This document shows positions 1 to 7,623 of a stretch of 60,629 nucleotides of DNA, piece after piece (within the stretch, counting starts at the first letter, position 1; each line of letters opens with the position of its first letter). The position numbers were made by a program, and so were the translations under genes. The notes beneath the pieces are model-generated. The model saw only the letters and a list, made by a program, of their open reading frames with translations. It was not told the DNA's origin and made no database searches. This DNA comes from Gemmatimonadaceae bacterium (lineage in GTDB: Bacteria > Gemmatimonadota > Gemmatimonadetes > Gemmatimonadales > Gemmatimonadaceae). The DNA is taken from NCBI GenBank assembly GCA_035701245.1, contig DASSNV010000169.1, positions 1-60,629 of the forward strand. The letters are read 5' to 3'.

Positions 1-48
1 AACATTCTTACCCCACCTCCCGATCCGTGGGTCCCTGGTTTCATGAAA

Positions 49-122
49 TGGGCGAGGAGGGACTCGAACCCCCGACATCCTGCGTGTAAGGCAGGCGCTC
101 TAACCAACTGAGCTACTCGCCC
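49..122 (-). tRNA. tRNA-Val (anticodon TAC), CCA not encoded
   Basis: Reverse complement GGGCGAGTAGCTCAGTTGGTTAGAGCGCCTGCCTTACACGCAGGATGTCGGGGGTTCGAGTCCCTCCTCGCCCA folds as a cloverleaf; anticodon arm CCTGC-CTTACAC-GCAGG; GTTCGA T-loop. Confidence 0.97.
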
Positions 123-146
123 GGTGCAGAAAGCGAGCCCGTGCCC

Positions 147-344
147 TCACCGGAGAATGGCCAGCGGCACAAGCACGCAATACCCGATAACAAGCAGGAT
201 CGGGGCGAGCGTTTCGCCACCGCGCGCGAGATCGGCGAAGCCGGCGAGCAACACTACTGTAGCGATGACCCAATACACCCATGACCGGCGCGATCGGGGT
301 TCCCGGATCGCTCGCGGACCGCTGGCAAGATCGGTTTTGGCCAT
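147..344 (-). CDS. Small membrane protein (65 aa, two hydrophobic segments)
   Basis: Two TM-like stretches (WVYWVIATVVLLAGFA; LAPILLVIGYCVLVPLAIL); fills the rfbB-tRNA gap and lies directly after a consensus promoter. Confidence 0.7.
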   Translation of the reverse strand: MAKTDLASGPRAIREPRSRRSWVYWVIATVVLLAGFADLARGGETLAPILLVIGYCVLVPLAILR

Positions 345-353
345 AAGCGAGGT

Positions 354-382
354 AGTGTAGAGCGCCGATAAATCGGTGTCAA
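354..382 (-). promoter_or_regulatory. Sigma70-type promoter TTGACA-N17-TACACT, probably leaderless, for the small gene and tRNA-Val
   Basis: Perfect -35, 17-nt spacer, TANNNT -10 ending 9 nt before the ATG at 344; no SD. Confidence 0.7.
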
Positions 383-415
383 CCCAACAGTAGTACTACT
401 CGCCGGCGCAAAGGC

Positions 416-1546
416 CTATTTGGCAGGCCGCCGTCCGTTTGCGTAATGAAGCTCGAGCCACTCGCGATAGCTGCCATCCATCACGGCCCGCCACCACGGC
501 TCGTTTGCGATGTACCACTTCACGGTTTTGAGCAGCCCAGTGTCGAAGGACTCGGACGGGCCGTAACCTGTCTCGAGCGTCGCCTTCATCGCGTCGATCG
601 CGTACCGCCGGTCGTGACCCGGACGATCCTTGACGAAAGTAATGAGCTCGGCGGTGTCGGCACCCTTCGCGGCGGGACTCTTGGGAAAGCGTTCCTTCAG
701 ACTCGCATCAGCGGCGAAGAGCTTGTTCAGATGCGCGCAGATGCCGTTCACGACATCGAGATTCTTGCGCTCGGAGTTTCCACCGAGGTTGTAGGTCTCG
801 CCGAGCCTTCCCTTCTCCAGAACTCGCTCGATGCCGCGGCAGTGGTCGCGAACATAGAGCCAATCGCGGATCTGCAAACCGTCGCCATAGACCGGCAGCT
901 CTTTTCCATCCAGCGCGTTCACGATCGTGAGCGGAATCAGCTTCTCGGGAAAGTGATACGGACCGTAGTTGTTGGAGCAGTTGGTGGTGGTGACAGGCAG
1001 ACCGTAGGTGTGATGATAGGCGCGCACGAGATGGTCGGCCGCGGCCTTGCTCGCCGCGTAGGGCGAGTTAGGCGCGTAGGGAGTGTCCTCGGTGAACGGT
1101 GGCGCGTTTGGCGCCAGCGTTCCGTACACCTCGTCAGTCGAGATGTGGTGGAATCGGCGCGCACCGCCCGACCAGTCCTCCGTCCACACCGCCCGTGCGG
1201 CCTTCAGCAGCTCGTGGGTGCCCTTGATGTTGGTGTCGATGAATGGATCTGGGCCATGGATCGAGCGATCGACGTGCGACTCCGCCGCGAAATGCACGAT
1301 CGTGTCGATGCCTTCGCGCTTGATGATGTCGCGCATCATGTCGCCGTCACGAATGTCGCCTTTCATGAACTTGAAGCGCTCGTGCTTCATCACCGGCTCG
1401 AGACTCGCCATGTTGCCGGCGTACGTCAGCGCATCGAGCGCGACGATCCCGTCGTTGGGATGCTGCTCGACCCAGTACTGGACGAAGTTGCTGCCGATGA
1501 AGCCCGCGGCACCCGTAACCATCATCCTACGCATCGTAATTGACAT
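416..1546 (-). CDS. rfbB: dTDP-glucose 4,6-dehydratase
   Basis: [13 protein letters not shown] motif, [48 protein letters not shown]. Confidence 0.95.
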   Translation of the reverse strand: MSITMRRMMVTGAAGFIGSNFVQYWVEQHPNDGIVALDALTYAGNMASLEPVMKHERFKFMKGDIRDGDMMRDIIKREGIDTIVHFAAESHVDRSIHGPDPFIDTNIKGTHELLKAARAVWTEDWSGGARRFHHISTDEVYGTLAPNAPPFTEDTPYAPNSPYAASKAAADHLVRAYHHTYGLPVTTTNCSNNYGPYHFPEKLIPLTIVNALDGKELPVYGDGLQIRDWLYVRDHCRGIERVLEKGRLGETYNLGGNSERKNLDVVNGICAHLNKLFAADASLKERFPKSPAAKGADTAELITFVKDRPGHDRRYAIDAMKATLETGYGPSESFDTGLLKTVKWYIANEPWWRAVMDGSYREWLELHYANGRRPAK

Positions 1547-1602
1547 CTCCGTTCATCTTTCCTCGGTGGTAACCGTGAACCCGTACGATATGTTTCGACT
1601 CG

Positions 1603-2691
1603 TCATACGCCAGTGCCCCGCCCGCTCTTTGCGCACAAATCACCGATGAGGGGCGCGATCTCGGCGAGCGTCGCGATTCTGTCGGCGCCGGCGGCGGCCA
1701 GCGCCGCCTGCGGCATTCCGTAAATGATCGAGCTCTCGCGATCCTGAACGATCGCCGTTCCGCCGGCTTCGCGAATCCGCCGCAGGCCTTCAGCGCCGTC
1801 GCGCCCCATTCCCGTCAGGACCACGCCGATTGCCGCGGGTCCGAAAATCTCCGCCGCCGAAAAGAAAAGCGGGTCTGCCGCCGGCCGCACTCCCCACATC
1901 GGCGGGCTGGTGTCGAGGCGAATGGACGCATTTCCCGCCGCGCCGTTCACCGTCATGTGATACCCGCCGGGGGCAACGTAGACGCGGTTTTCGCGCAAAG
2001 TTTTGCCGTCGATCGCTTCGCCTACCCACAGGTCGCTCATCGTCCCGAGCCGGTCGGCAAGGAGACGGGTGAATTCGCGCGGCATGTGCTGTACGATCAC
2101 CACTGCAGCGCCGAGGTTCTCGGGCAGATTCGGAATAATCTCCGCGAGCGCGCGCGGACCGCCCGTCGACGAAGCCATCACAACAACACGCGTCGCCGAG
2201 TCGGGCGACTTTGGCGCGCGCTCTTCGGCCGATTCGCTGGCACTCGGCGCCGATTGGCGTACGCCACCCATGTTCATCGCTTTCGCGGCATCGAGCGCCG
2301 ACAATAACTGCTGCCTCACGGACGACAGGTCGATACTCACGGGACCCGAAGGCTTGCGCACGAACTCGAGGGCGCCGCGCTCGAGCGCGCGGAGTGTCAT
2401 CTCGTTGCCGAGGTCCGATCCCGCCGCGCTCAGCATCACCACCGGCCGCGGCATCTCCGCCATGATCTGCTCGAGCGCCTGCAAGCCGTTGAGCCGGGGC
2501 ATCTCGATGTCGAGCGTCACGATGTCGGGCTTGAGTGCGCGAACCTTTTGCAGCGCTTCGACACCATCGTTCGCTGTCCCGATCACCCTGAACGCGCCGG
2601 TCGACTCGACGAGCTCGGCGATCAGCTTGCGCATGAAGGCGCTGTCGTCGACCACCAGCACGCTGGTCGTCTTCACCGGATTCTCGGTCAT
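1603..2691 (-). CDS. cheB: Chemotaxis response regulator protein-glutamate methylesterase
   Basis: N-terminal REC (VVDDSAFMR, LDIEMP) plus methylesterase motifs SSTGGP, QHMP, LTGMGRDGA. Confidence 0.96.
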   Translation of the reverse strand: MTENPVKTTSVLVVDDSAFMRKLIAELVESTGAFRVIGTANDGVEALQKVRALKPDIVTLDIEMPRLNGLQALEQIMAEMPRPVVMLSAAGSDLGNEMTLRALERGALEFVRKPSGPVSIDLSSVRQQLLSALDAAKAMNMGGVRQSAPSASESAEERAPKSPDSATRVVVMASSTGGPRALAEIIPNLPENLGAAVVIVQHMPREFTRLLADRLGTMSDLWVGEAIDGKTLRENRVYVAPGGYHMTVNGAAGNASIRLDTSPPMWGVRPAADPLFFSAAEIFGPAAIGVVLTGMGRDGAEGLRRIREAGGTAIVQDRESSIIYGMPQAALAAAGADRIATLAEIAPLIGDLCAKSGRGTGV

Positions 2692-3506
2692 TGCGCCTTG
2701 CGGAAGATCCGCTCGCGTGCATTCACGGGAGAGAACATCGATCGTGCTTCACCGAGCAGCGTCTCCACTTTGCCGAGCACCAGGTAACCGCCAGGTGCCA
2801 GCGTGCGGTGGAAGACGCCAAACAGCGCATCCTGTGCTTCGCGCTCGAAGTAGATGATGACATTCCTGCATACCAGCAGGTGTACGTTCTCGATCGGCGG
2901 CGGATCGCTCAGCAGGTCCGCGCGCTCGAATCGGACCAGCTTCCTCGCCGGCGGAATGACGGAGTACAACCCAGCCATCTCTTCGAAGTAGCGCGCTCGC
3001 AGCTCGCCGGGCATTTCGGCAAGCGCGGATTCGCCGTATATGGCTCGCTCGGCGGCTCCCAGCGAATCGTCGTCGATGTCGCTGCCCACAATGGTCACCC
3101 GATCGAGCCGCTGCTCGCGCTGCGTCTCCACTGCGTGCTTGTGCATCAGGATCGCGAGCGAGTAAGGCTCCTCGCCCGATGCGCAGCCGGCGCTCCAGAT
3201 CCGGATCTCCTCGCCCATTTCGAAGAGTGACGGAATCACCTTGCTCTCGATCGACGAGTAGCTGTCGCGGTTTCGAAAGAACTTGGTGACGTTGACGGTC
3301 AGCGATCGCAGCAGGCGGTCGTACTCCCGAGGATCGGTATCCAGCACTCCGGCGTACTCGTGCGCGGTGACGGCGCCGCTTGCACGCATGCGTACCGCGA
3401 TGCGCCGGCGCAGGCACTTGTCCTTGTAGCTGGCGCAGCGAAAGCCGCTATCGCGGGTGATCTTTTCCATCAGCGCGCGGAAGCCCGCGTCGTCGCCCTG
3501 GATCAC
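2688..3506 (-). CDS. cheR: Chemotaxis protein-glutamate O-methyltransferase
   Basis: LTVNVTKFFRN, IWSAGCASGEEPYSLA, CRNVIIYF, GGYLVLG; start reassigned to GTG 3506 after the upstream stop at 3521. Confidence 0.93.
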   Translation of the reverse strand: MIQGDDAGFRALMEKITRDSGFRCASYKDKCLRRRIAVRMRASGAVTAHEYAGVLDTDPREYDRLLRSLTVNVTKFFRNRDSYSSIESKVIPSLFEMGEEIRIWSAGCASGEEPYSLAILMHKHAVETQREQRLDRVTIVGSDIDDDSLGAAERAIYGESALAEMPGELRARYFEEMAGLYSVIPPARKLVRFERADLLSDPPPIENVHLLVCRNVIIYFEREAQDALFGVFHRTLAPGGYLVLGKVETLLGEARSMFSPVNARERIFRKAQ

Positions 3507-3520
3507 GTGCGACCGGCCCT

Positions 3521-4816
3521 TTACGAGAGAGTCGATGACTGGCTCGATTCTGAGCGCTCGGCGTGCGAGATGCCCTCGAGCGCGGCGGCAAGATTGCGAC
3601 GCAGCTGCGGCAGCTCGGGCGCGATGGCAATGCCTTTCTCGGCGACGTCGCGCGCCGCGGCGAAGTCGCCGCGCTTGAGGTGCGCGGCGGCGAGGTTGTT
3701 GAGCAGTACCGGCGACTCCGGATGTGTCTCGACGGCGGCGGAGAGCAACAGCATCTCGCGGTCCGGGTCGTCGGTGAGGGATGCCACCTGAGCGGCGTAG
3801 TGGAACCACACCGCCGGTGGCGAGTCGGATGCCCAGAGGCTGCGGGCTTCACTGAGGCGGACTTTCGCCAACTGGAAGTCGCGTTGGCGAATAGCGATCA
3901 CCGCCGCCTCCAGCTGAACCAGAGGTTCCGCGCCGCCCTCCACCGAAAGCGCGCGGTCGATAACCAGTCGCGCCTTCTCGAGCTGACCGAGGTGCTCATA
4001 CGCGAGCGCCAGGTTGTGGAGCAGCGTCGTCTTGTTCGGCGCGTTGGGAGCAGCGGTCATGAAAGCGTTCACCGCGCCCGACCATTCCTTCTCGCGCAGG
4101 GCGATCAGCCCAAGATGAAACGACGCCACGGGATCGGCGGCTTCTTCGACCAGGGCGCGAAACTCCCGCTGCGCCTCGTCATGCATTCCCGCGCGGTAGA
4201 GCGCGCTCGCCAGCTCGCGGCGCTCCAACGGGCTCGCATTGCGGGGCAGCGTCGGCGTCGTTCGCTTTCGCCCCACCGGCAACAGAAACGACGCGTTGAG
4301 GAGGCCGTACAGCGCCTTGCCGACCTCGAACTCTCCGAGGGCGGAATCCCGAATCAGGCCGTTGATGTCGCGGTGACCGTCGATCAGGGGCAGCAGTGCC
4401 TCCTGCTCCGGGGACAGCGGGTCGCGATTCAGCATCAGGCGCGACCGGTCGATGCTGAAGACGACATCGAAGCTCGGGATCTTTTTTTCGATCAGCGACC
4501 ACTCGTCGACGCGCCGCGCGCCCTCGAGCAGCAGCGACTGAGGGTCGACCGACACGCGTTCGGACCCTTCCTCCGGCTCGACATTGGGCTCGAAGTTGAA
4601 GGTGCCGCTGGTCCAGGTGAACAGCGTGTAAACAGCATTCTCGGTGTCGAGCGGGCGGTTCACGATCGACGCGTGACAGATGCGGCCGCTGTCGAAGTAG
4701 ATCTGACCGAAGCTGTCGTGGAAGGACAGACCGAGACAGCCGGTCTTCTTCCCCATCGATAGCAGCTGCAGAACGTCGGGAAGACTCGCCTCCTTGAGGC
4801 TGCCTTTGATGGCCAC
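3521..4816 (-). CDS. DUF4388 (PATAN-like) domain plus C-terminal TPR protein
   Basis: MAIKGSLKEASLPDVLQLLSMGKKTG...W.SGTFNF...LLLEGARRVDEW pattern of DUF4388; TPR-like helices (LLHNLALAYEHLGQ, LLNNLAAAHLKRGD). Confidence 0.85.
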   Translation of the reverse strand: MAIKGSLKEASLPDVLQLLSMGKKTGCLGLSFHDSFGQIYFDSGRICHASIVNRPLDTENAVYTLFTWTSGTFNFEPNVEPEEGSERVSVDPQSLLLEGARRVDEWSLIEKKIPSFDVVFSIDRSRLMLNRDPLSPEQEALLPLIDGHRDINGLIRDSALGEFEVGKALYGLLNASFLLPVGRKRTTPTLPRNASPLERRELASALYRAGMHDEAQREFRALVEEAADPVASFHLGLIALREKEWSGAVNAFMTAAPNAPNKTTLLHNLALAYEHLGQLEKARLVIDRALSVEGGAEPLVQLEAAVIAIRQRDFQLAKVRLSEARSLWASDSPPAVWFHYAAQVASLTDDPDREMLLLSAAVETHPESPVLLNNLAAAHLKRGDFAAARDVAEKGIAIAPELPQLRRNLAAALEGISHAERSESSQSSTLS

Positions 4817-5067
4817 TAGCGCATCTCCTCGATCATCCTGTCGACGATGTCAGGCCATTCGGTGATGAGACCGGCGTCGGCCGCGGCCGGAGTCTTCTTG
4901 CGCTCTTCGCCGGCGACCGGGGTCTTCTTCGCTTCCGGCGCCGCTTCAGCCTTGGGCCGCGGGTCGAGGGATTCGACGCGCTGCGCGATTTCCTGGCTGA
5001 CATCGGCCAGAAAATCGGCGAATTCGCCGCCGTCCTCTTCCTCGTTCTTCTGCGGCTCTTTCGCCAC
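4816..5067 (-). CDS. Hypothetical acidic protein (83 aa) in the Mgl cluster
   Basis: GTG start 2 nt after the mglA stop; stop overlaps the next ATG. Confidence 0.7.
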   Translation of the reverse strand: MAKEPQKNEEEDGGEFADFLADVSQEIAQRVESLDPRPKAEAAPEAKKTPVAGEERKKTPAAADAGLITEWPDIVDRMIEEMR

Positions 5068-5069
5068 GC

Positions 5070-5675
5070 TCAGGATTCCTTCGCCGCCGGTGCGCTGAGT
5101 CGGGACAGGACCAGCGACGCAATGCTGCGCAAGGTCTCGAACACACCGCCCCCATTCACCGCCGTCGCCCCGAAGTGCGGTACGCCGCGGAAGTTGAGCG
5201 TTTCGTCGAGCTCCTCGAGAGTGCTCAGCTCCCCGACGGGCAGGTCGCGTTTGTTGTACTGCATCACCAGCGGGATGGTGCGGGGGTCGAGACCTTCATC
5301 TGCGAGATTGGCGTGCAGATCCTGTAGGCTCTCTATGTTCTCGGCCATCTGCCGCGCCTGGCTGTCGGCGACGAACACCACGCCATCGACGCCCTGTAGC
5401 ACGAGCTTCCTGGTCGCGGCGTAGTAGACTTGCCCCGGCACGGTGTAAAGCTGGAAGCGCGTCGCGAAACCCGAGATCGTCCCGAGATCGAGCGGCAGGA
5501 AGTCAAAGAAAAGGGTGCGGTCGGTCTCGGTTGCCAGCGAGACCATCTTCCCCTTCCGCTCTTCAGGAAGCTGCGAGTAGACGTGCTGCAGATTGGTCGT
5601 CTTCCCGGACCGACCCGGTCCGTAGTAGACGATCTTGCAGGTGATCTCGCGGGTGCCGTAGTTGACGACGGACAT
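5070..5675 (-). CDS. mglA: MglA-family small Ras-like GTPase
   Basis: [16 protein letters not shown] (G1), [13 protein letters not shown] (G2 with intrinsic Arg), LYTVPGQ (G3), NKRD (G4), as in Myxococcus/Thermus MglA. Confidence 0.95.
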   Translation of the reverse strand: MSVVNYGTREITCKIVYYGPGRSGKTTNLQHVYSQLPEERKGKMVSLATETDRTLFFDFLPLDLGTISGFATRFQLYTVPGQVYYAATRKLVLQGVDGVVFVADSQARQMAENIESLQDLHANLADEGLDPRTIPLVMQYNKRDLPVGELSTLEELDETLNFRGVPHFGATAVNGGGVFETLRSIASLVLSRLSAPAAKES

Positions 5676-6157
5676 TACTTCTTTCCTATCGGGCCAAAAA
5701 GAGCATCGAGGCTGCGATTGAGCTCGCCCTCGAAATCACCGGACGGTCGGACCGTAACAGCCTGGTTTTCCGGGAGCAGCTTCTCGAGCGCTTTCTGGAA
5801 TTCCGAGAAATAGATCTCGACGACCCCCAGCGAGCTCTCGCGATCGAAGACGCCAACGAACAGAAACTCCTGGGCGCCGGCCGACGCCCGTGCCATGAAA
5901 ACCTGTCGCTCTGCTCCCGCGTGGTGCATCTCGTAGAACGGCTTTCCGTCGAGCTGTCGGCCCAGCTCGCGCGCCGAGGCATTGATCGCCGAGGTCAGTG
6001 CGCAAATCGACATTACGTCGGCGGCGTTGGAGAACCCGAACTGACCGACCGCGCGGCCCGACGGATAGAGCAGCACGCCCGATATGAGCCGCGCGTCTTC
6101 CATCAGCCGTTTGAGGGGCGCGGCGACCCAGGCTTCTGCGACCGTCGGATTCGTCAT
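5675..6157 (-). CDS. mglB: MglB-like roadblock/LC7 GTPase-activating protein with C-terminal helix
   Basis: Directly upstream of mglA; [11 protein letters not shown]...ELGRQL...F...[11 protein letters not shown] resembles MglB; C-terminal [14 protein letters not shown] helix. Confidence 0.75.
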   Translation of the reverse strand: MTNPTVAEAWVAAPLKRLMEDARLISGVLLYPSGRAVGQFGFSNAADVMSICALTSAINASARELGRQLDGKPFYEMHHAGAERQVFMARASAGAQEFLFVGVFDRESSLGVVEIYFSEFQKALEKLLPENQAVTVRPSGDFEGELNRSLDALFGPIGKK

Positions 6158-6516
6158 CGATTGTCCTTCGCTGCGTTCATCATGTCGAGCCTCACTCGCC
6201 CGAGGTTGGCATCCGGAGCGACGATCGTGACCAGCACCACGTCGCTAGCTCCGACGACGCAGATATGACCCTTCTCCGCCTCCAGACGCATGAACGCCGG
6301 AGTCCCTAAGCGCGCCGCGTCGGAGGCGCGCTTGACCTTGGCGTAGAGGTAGGCTGCGAGTGCCGCCGTTGGGCGTCTCGTGTCCGCCGCGCCCGCGACG
6401 TGCCCGACCAGCTGACTCGCCTCGACGATCAGTCCGTCGGACGCGCCGACCACCATCGCGGCAATGACCCCGGGAACCCGCGACAGGTTCGCTACCACCT
6501 GGTTGACGCCCCTCAT
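6154..6516 (-). CDS. Roadblock/LC7 domain protein
   Basis: LSRVPGVIAAMVVGASDGLIV...AALAA...LEAEKGHI...ANLGRVRLDM; start reassigned to ATG 6516 (ATGA overlap). Confidence 0.85.
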   Translation of the reverse strand: MRGVNQVVANLSRVPGVIAAMVVGASDGLIVEASQLVGHVAGAADTRRPTAALAAYLYAKVKRASDAARLGTPAFMRLEAEKGHICVVGASDVVLVTIVAPDANLGRVRLDMMNAAKDNR

Positions 6517-6896
6517 GCCCGGTTCCTCAGCCAGTTGATCGCCAGTGCCACCGAGCGGCTCAGCACGCGGCGCACGAGTCCGAGCGGAACGGTCGACGAC
6601 GACGCGAGCAGCACGATCGTGTCGTCGGCGGCGGGAGCAAGCGCGATCGTCGCGGCATCGGTTTCCACCACGACCGCCGACCACGCGCCAATCCCCAACA
6701 GCCGCATCGAACGCGAGACTTCCCTGCTCACGCCGCTCAACGCCGCGCCGATTTCCGCGGAGATGTCGCGCCCGCGATCGTCGAGATAGCTCCCGGCCAG
6801 CGGAGTACCCGCGGCATCGAGCAGCAGCGCGGTCTGCTCGGCCTCGCCGATCGCGGTCGCGAACAGGATTCGTGCGGCCTCAGACACCCGCGCCAT
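6513..6896 (-). CDS. Roadblock/LC7 domain protein
   Basis: ALLLDAAGTPLAG...LLGIGAWSAVVVET...PLGLVRR roadblock pattern. Confidence 0.8.
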   Translation of the reverse strand: MARVSEAARILFATAIGEAEQTALLLDAAGTPLAGSYLDDRGRDISAEIGAALSGVSREVSRSMRLLGIGAWSAVVVETDAATIALAPAADDTIVLLASSSTVPLGLVRRVLSRSVALAINWLRNRA

Positions 6897-7623
6897 CGTG
6901 CTCCTGTGGGGCGATCTCGATCAGCCCCGTGCTCAGCATTCCGTAGATGATCTTCGCGACCTCGAACTCCGGCAGCACCAGACGCTTGCCGATCTCGTGC
7001 AGATTGCGCTCGCCGTCGATGATTGAGAGGACTTCCCACTCGCGCGGCAAGAGATCGATGAACGACTCCGGCCCATCATCCAGGGGCGCGAGCCGCGGCG
7101 TCACCCGAGCGTCGGGAATCTTGTCAGCCATTCGCGACCACTCGTCGATCCTCCGCGCGCCTTCCATCAGGAGCGATTCGGTACTCACGCGCACAGCGAT
7201 GTCCTTTCTTATCGGGCGCGGCGGCTCCTCGGTAAACGAGAAGAACCCTTCGGACCACGACATCAGATCGAACACCACCGTCTCGATCTGCTGGCGCATG
7301 AAGCGATCGATGTCGCGCGGAGTCACGATACCGTGCGCGACGAGAATCTCACCGACGCGCCGTTTGTCGCCCGCGCGCTGCATCGCCGTCGCTCGCGCCA
7401 GATCGGCCGCCGTCGCCTTGCCCGAGCGCTCGAGGATCGTGCCCAGCAGGTGCGGGTTGCTCTTCATCGTCGCCGCGACGATCGTCCCGGCGTCGAAGTA
7501 CACGCTTCCCTCGTTGTTTCGCTCCGGTGAATGCACGCGCAGCGTTCCGGTCTTCCGGCTGAGATCGAGCAGCTGGAAGACGTCGTGGATGCCGAGCTCG
7601 CGCAGTGGTCCTTCGATCGCCAT
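6880..7623 (-). CDS. DUF4388 domain protein with inserted MshEN-like tandem motif
   Basis: MAIEGPLRELGIHDVFQLLDLSRKTG...WSEGFFSF...LLMEGARRIDEW; insert LLGTIL..SG...Q / RVGEILVAHGIV...Q. Confidence 0.85.
   Translation of the reverse strand: MAIEGPLRELGIHDVFQLLDLSRKTGTLRVHSPERNNEGSVYFDAGTIVAATMKSNPHLLGTILERSGKATAADLARATAMQRAGDKRRVGEILVAHGIVTPRDIDRFMRQQIETVVFDLMSWSEGFFSFTEEPPRPIRKDIAVRVSTESLLMEGARRIDEWSRMADKIPDARVTPRLAPLDDGPESFIDLLPREWEVLSIIDGERNLHEIGKRLVLPEFEVAKIIYGMLSTGLIEIAPQEHDGAGV

Noticed and set aside
11-31. CCCCACCTC...TCCGTGG similarity to 39005-39026 near repeat B
   Set aside because: Too short and gapped to distinguish from chance; no repeat arm follows.
389-400. Palindrome AGTAGTACTACT upstream of the -35 at 377-382
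   Set aside because: Single 12-bp occurrence; no second site or regulator to support an operator call.
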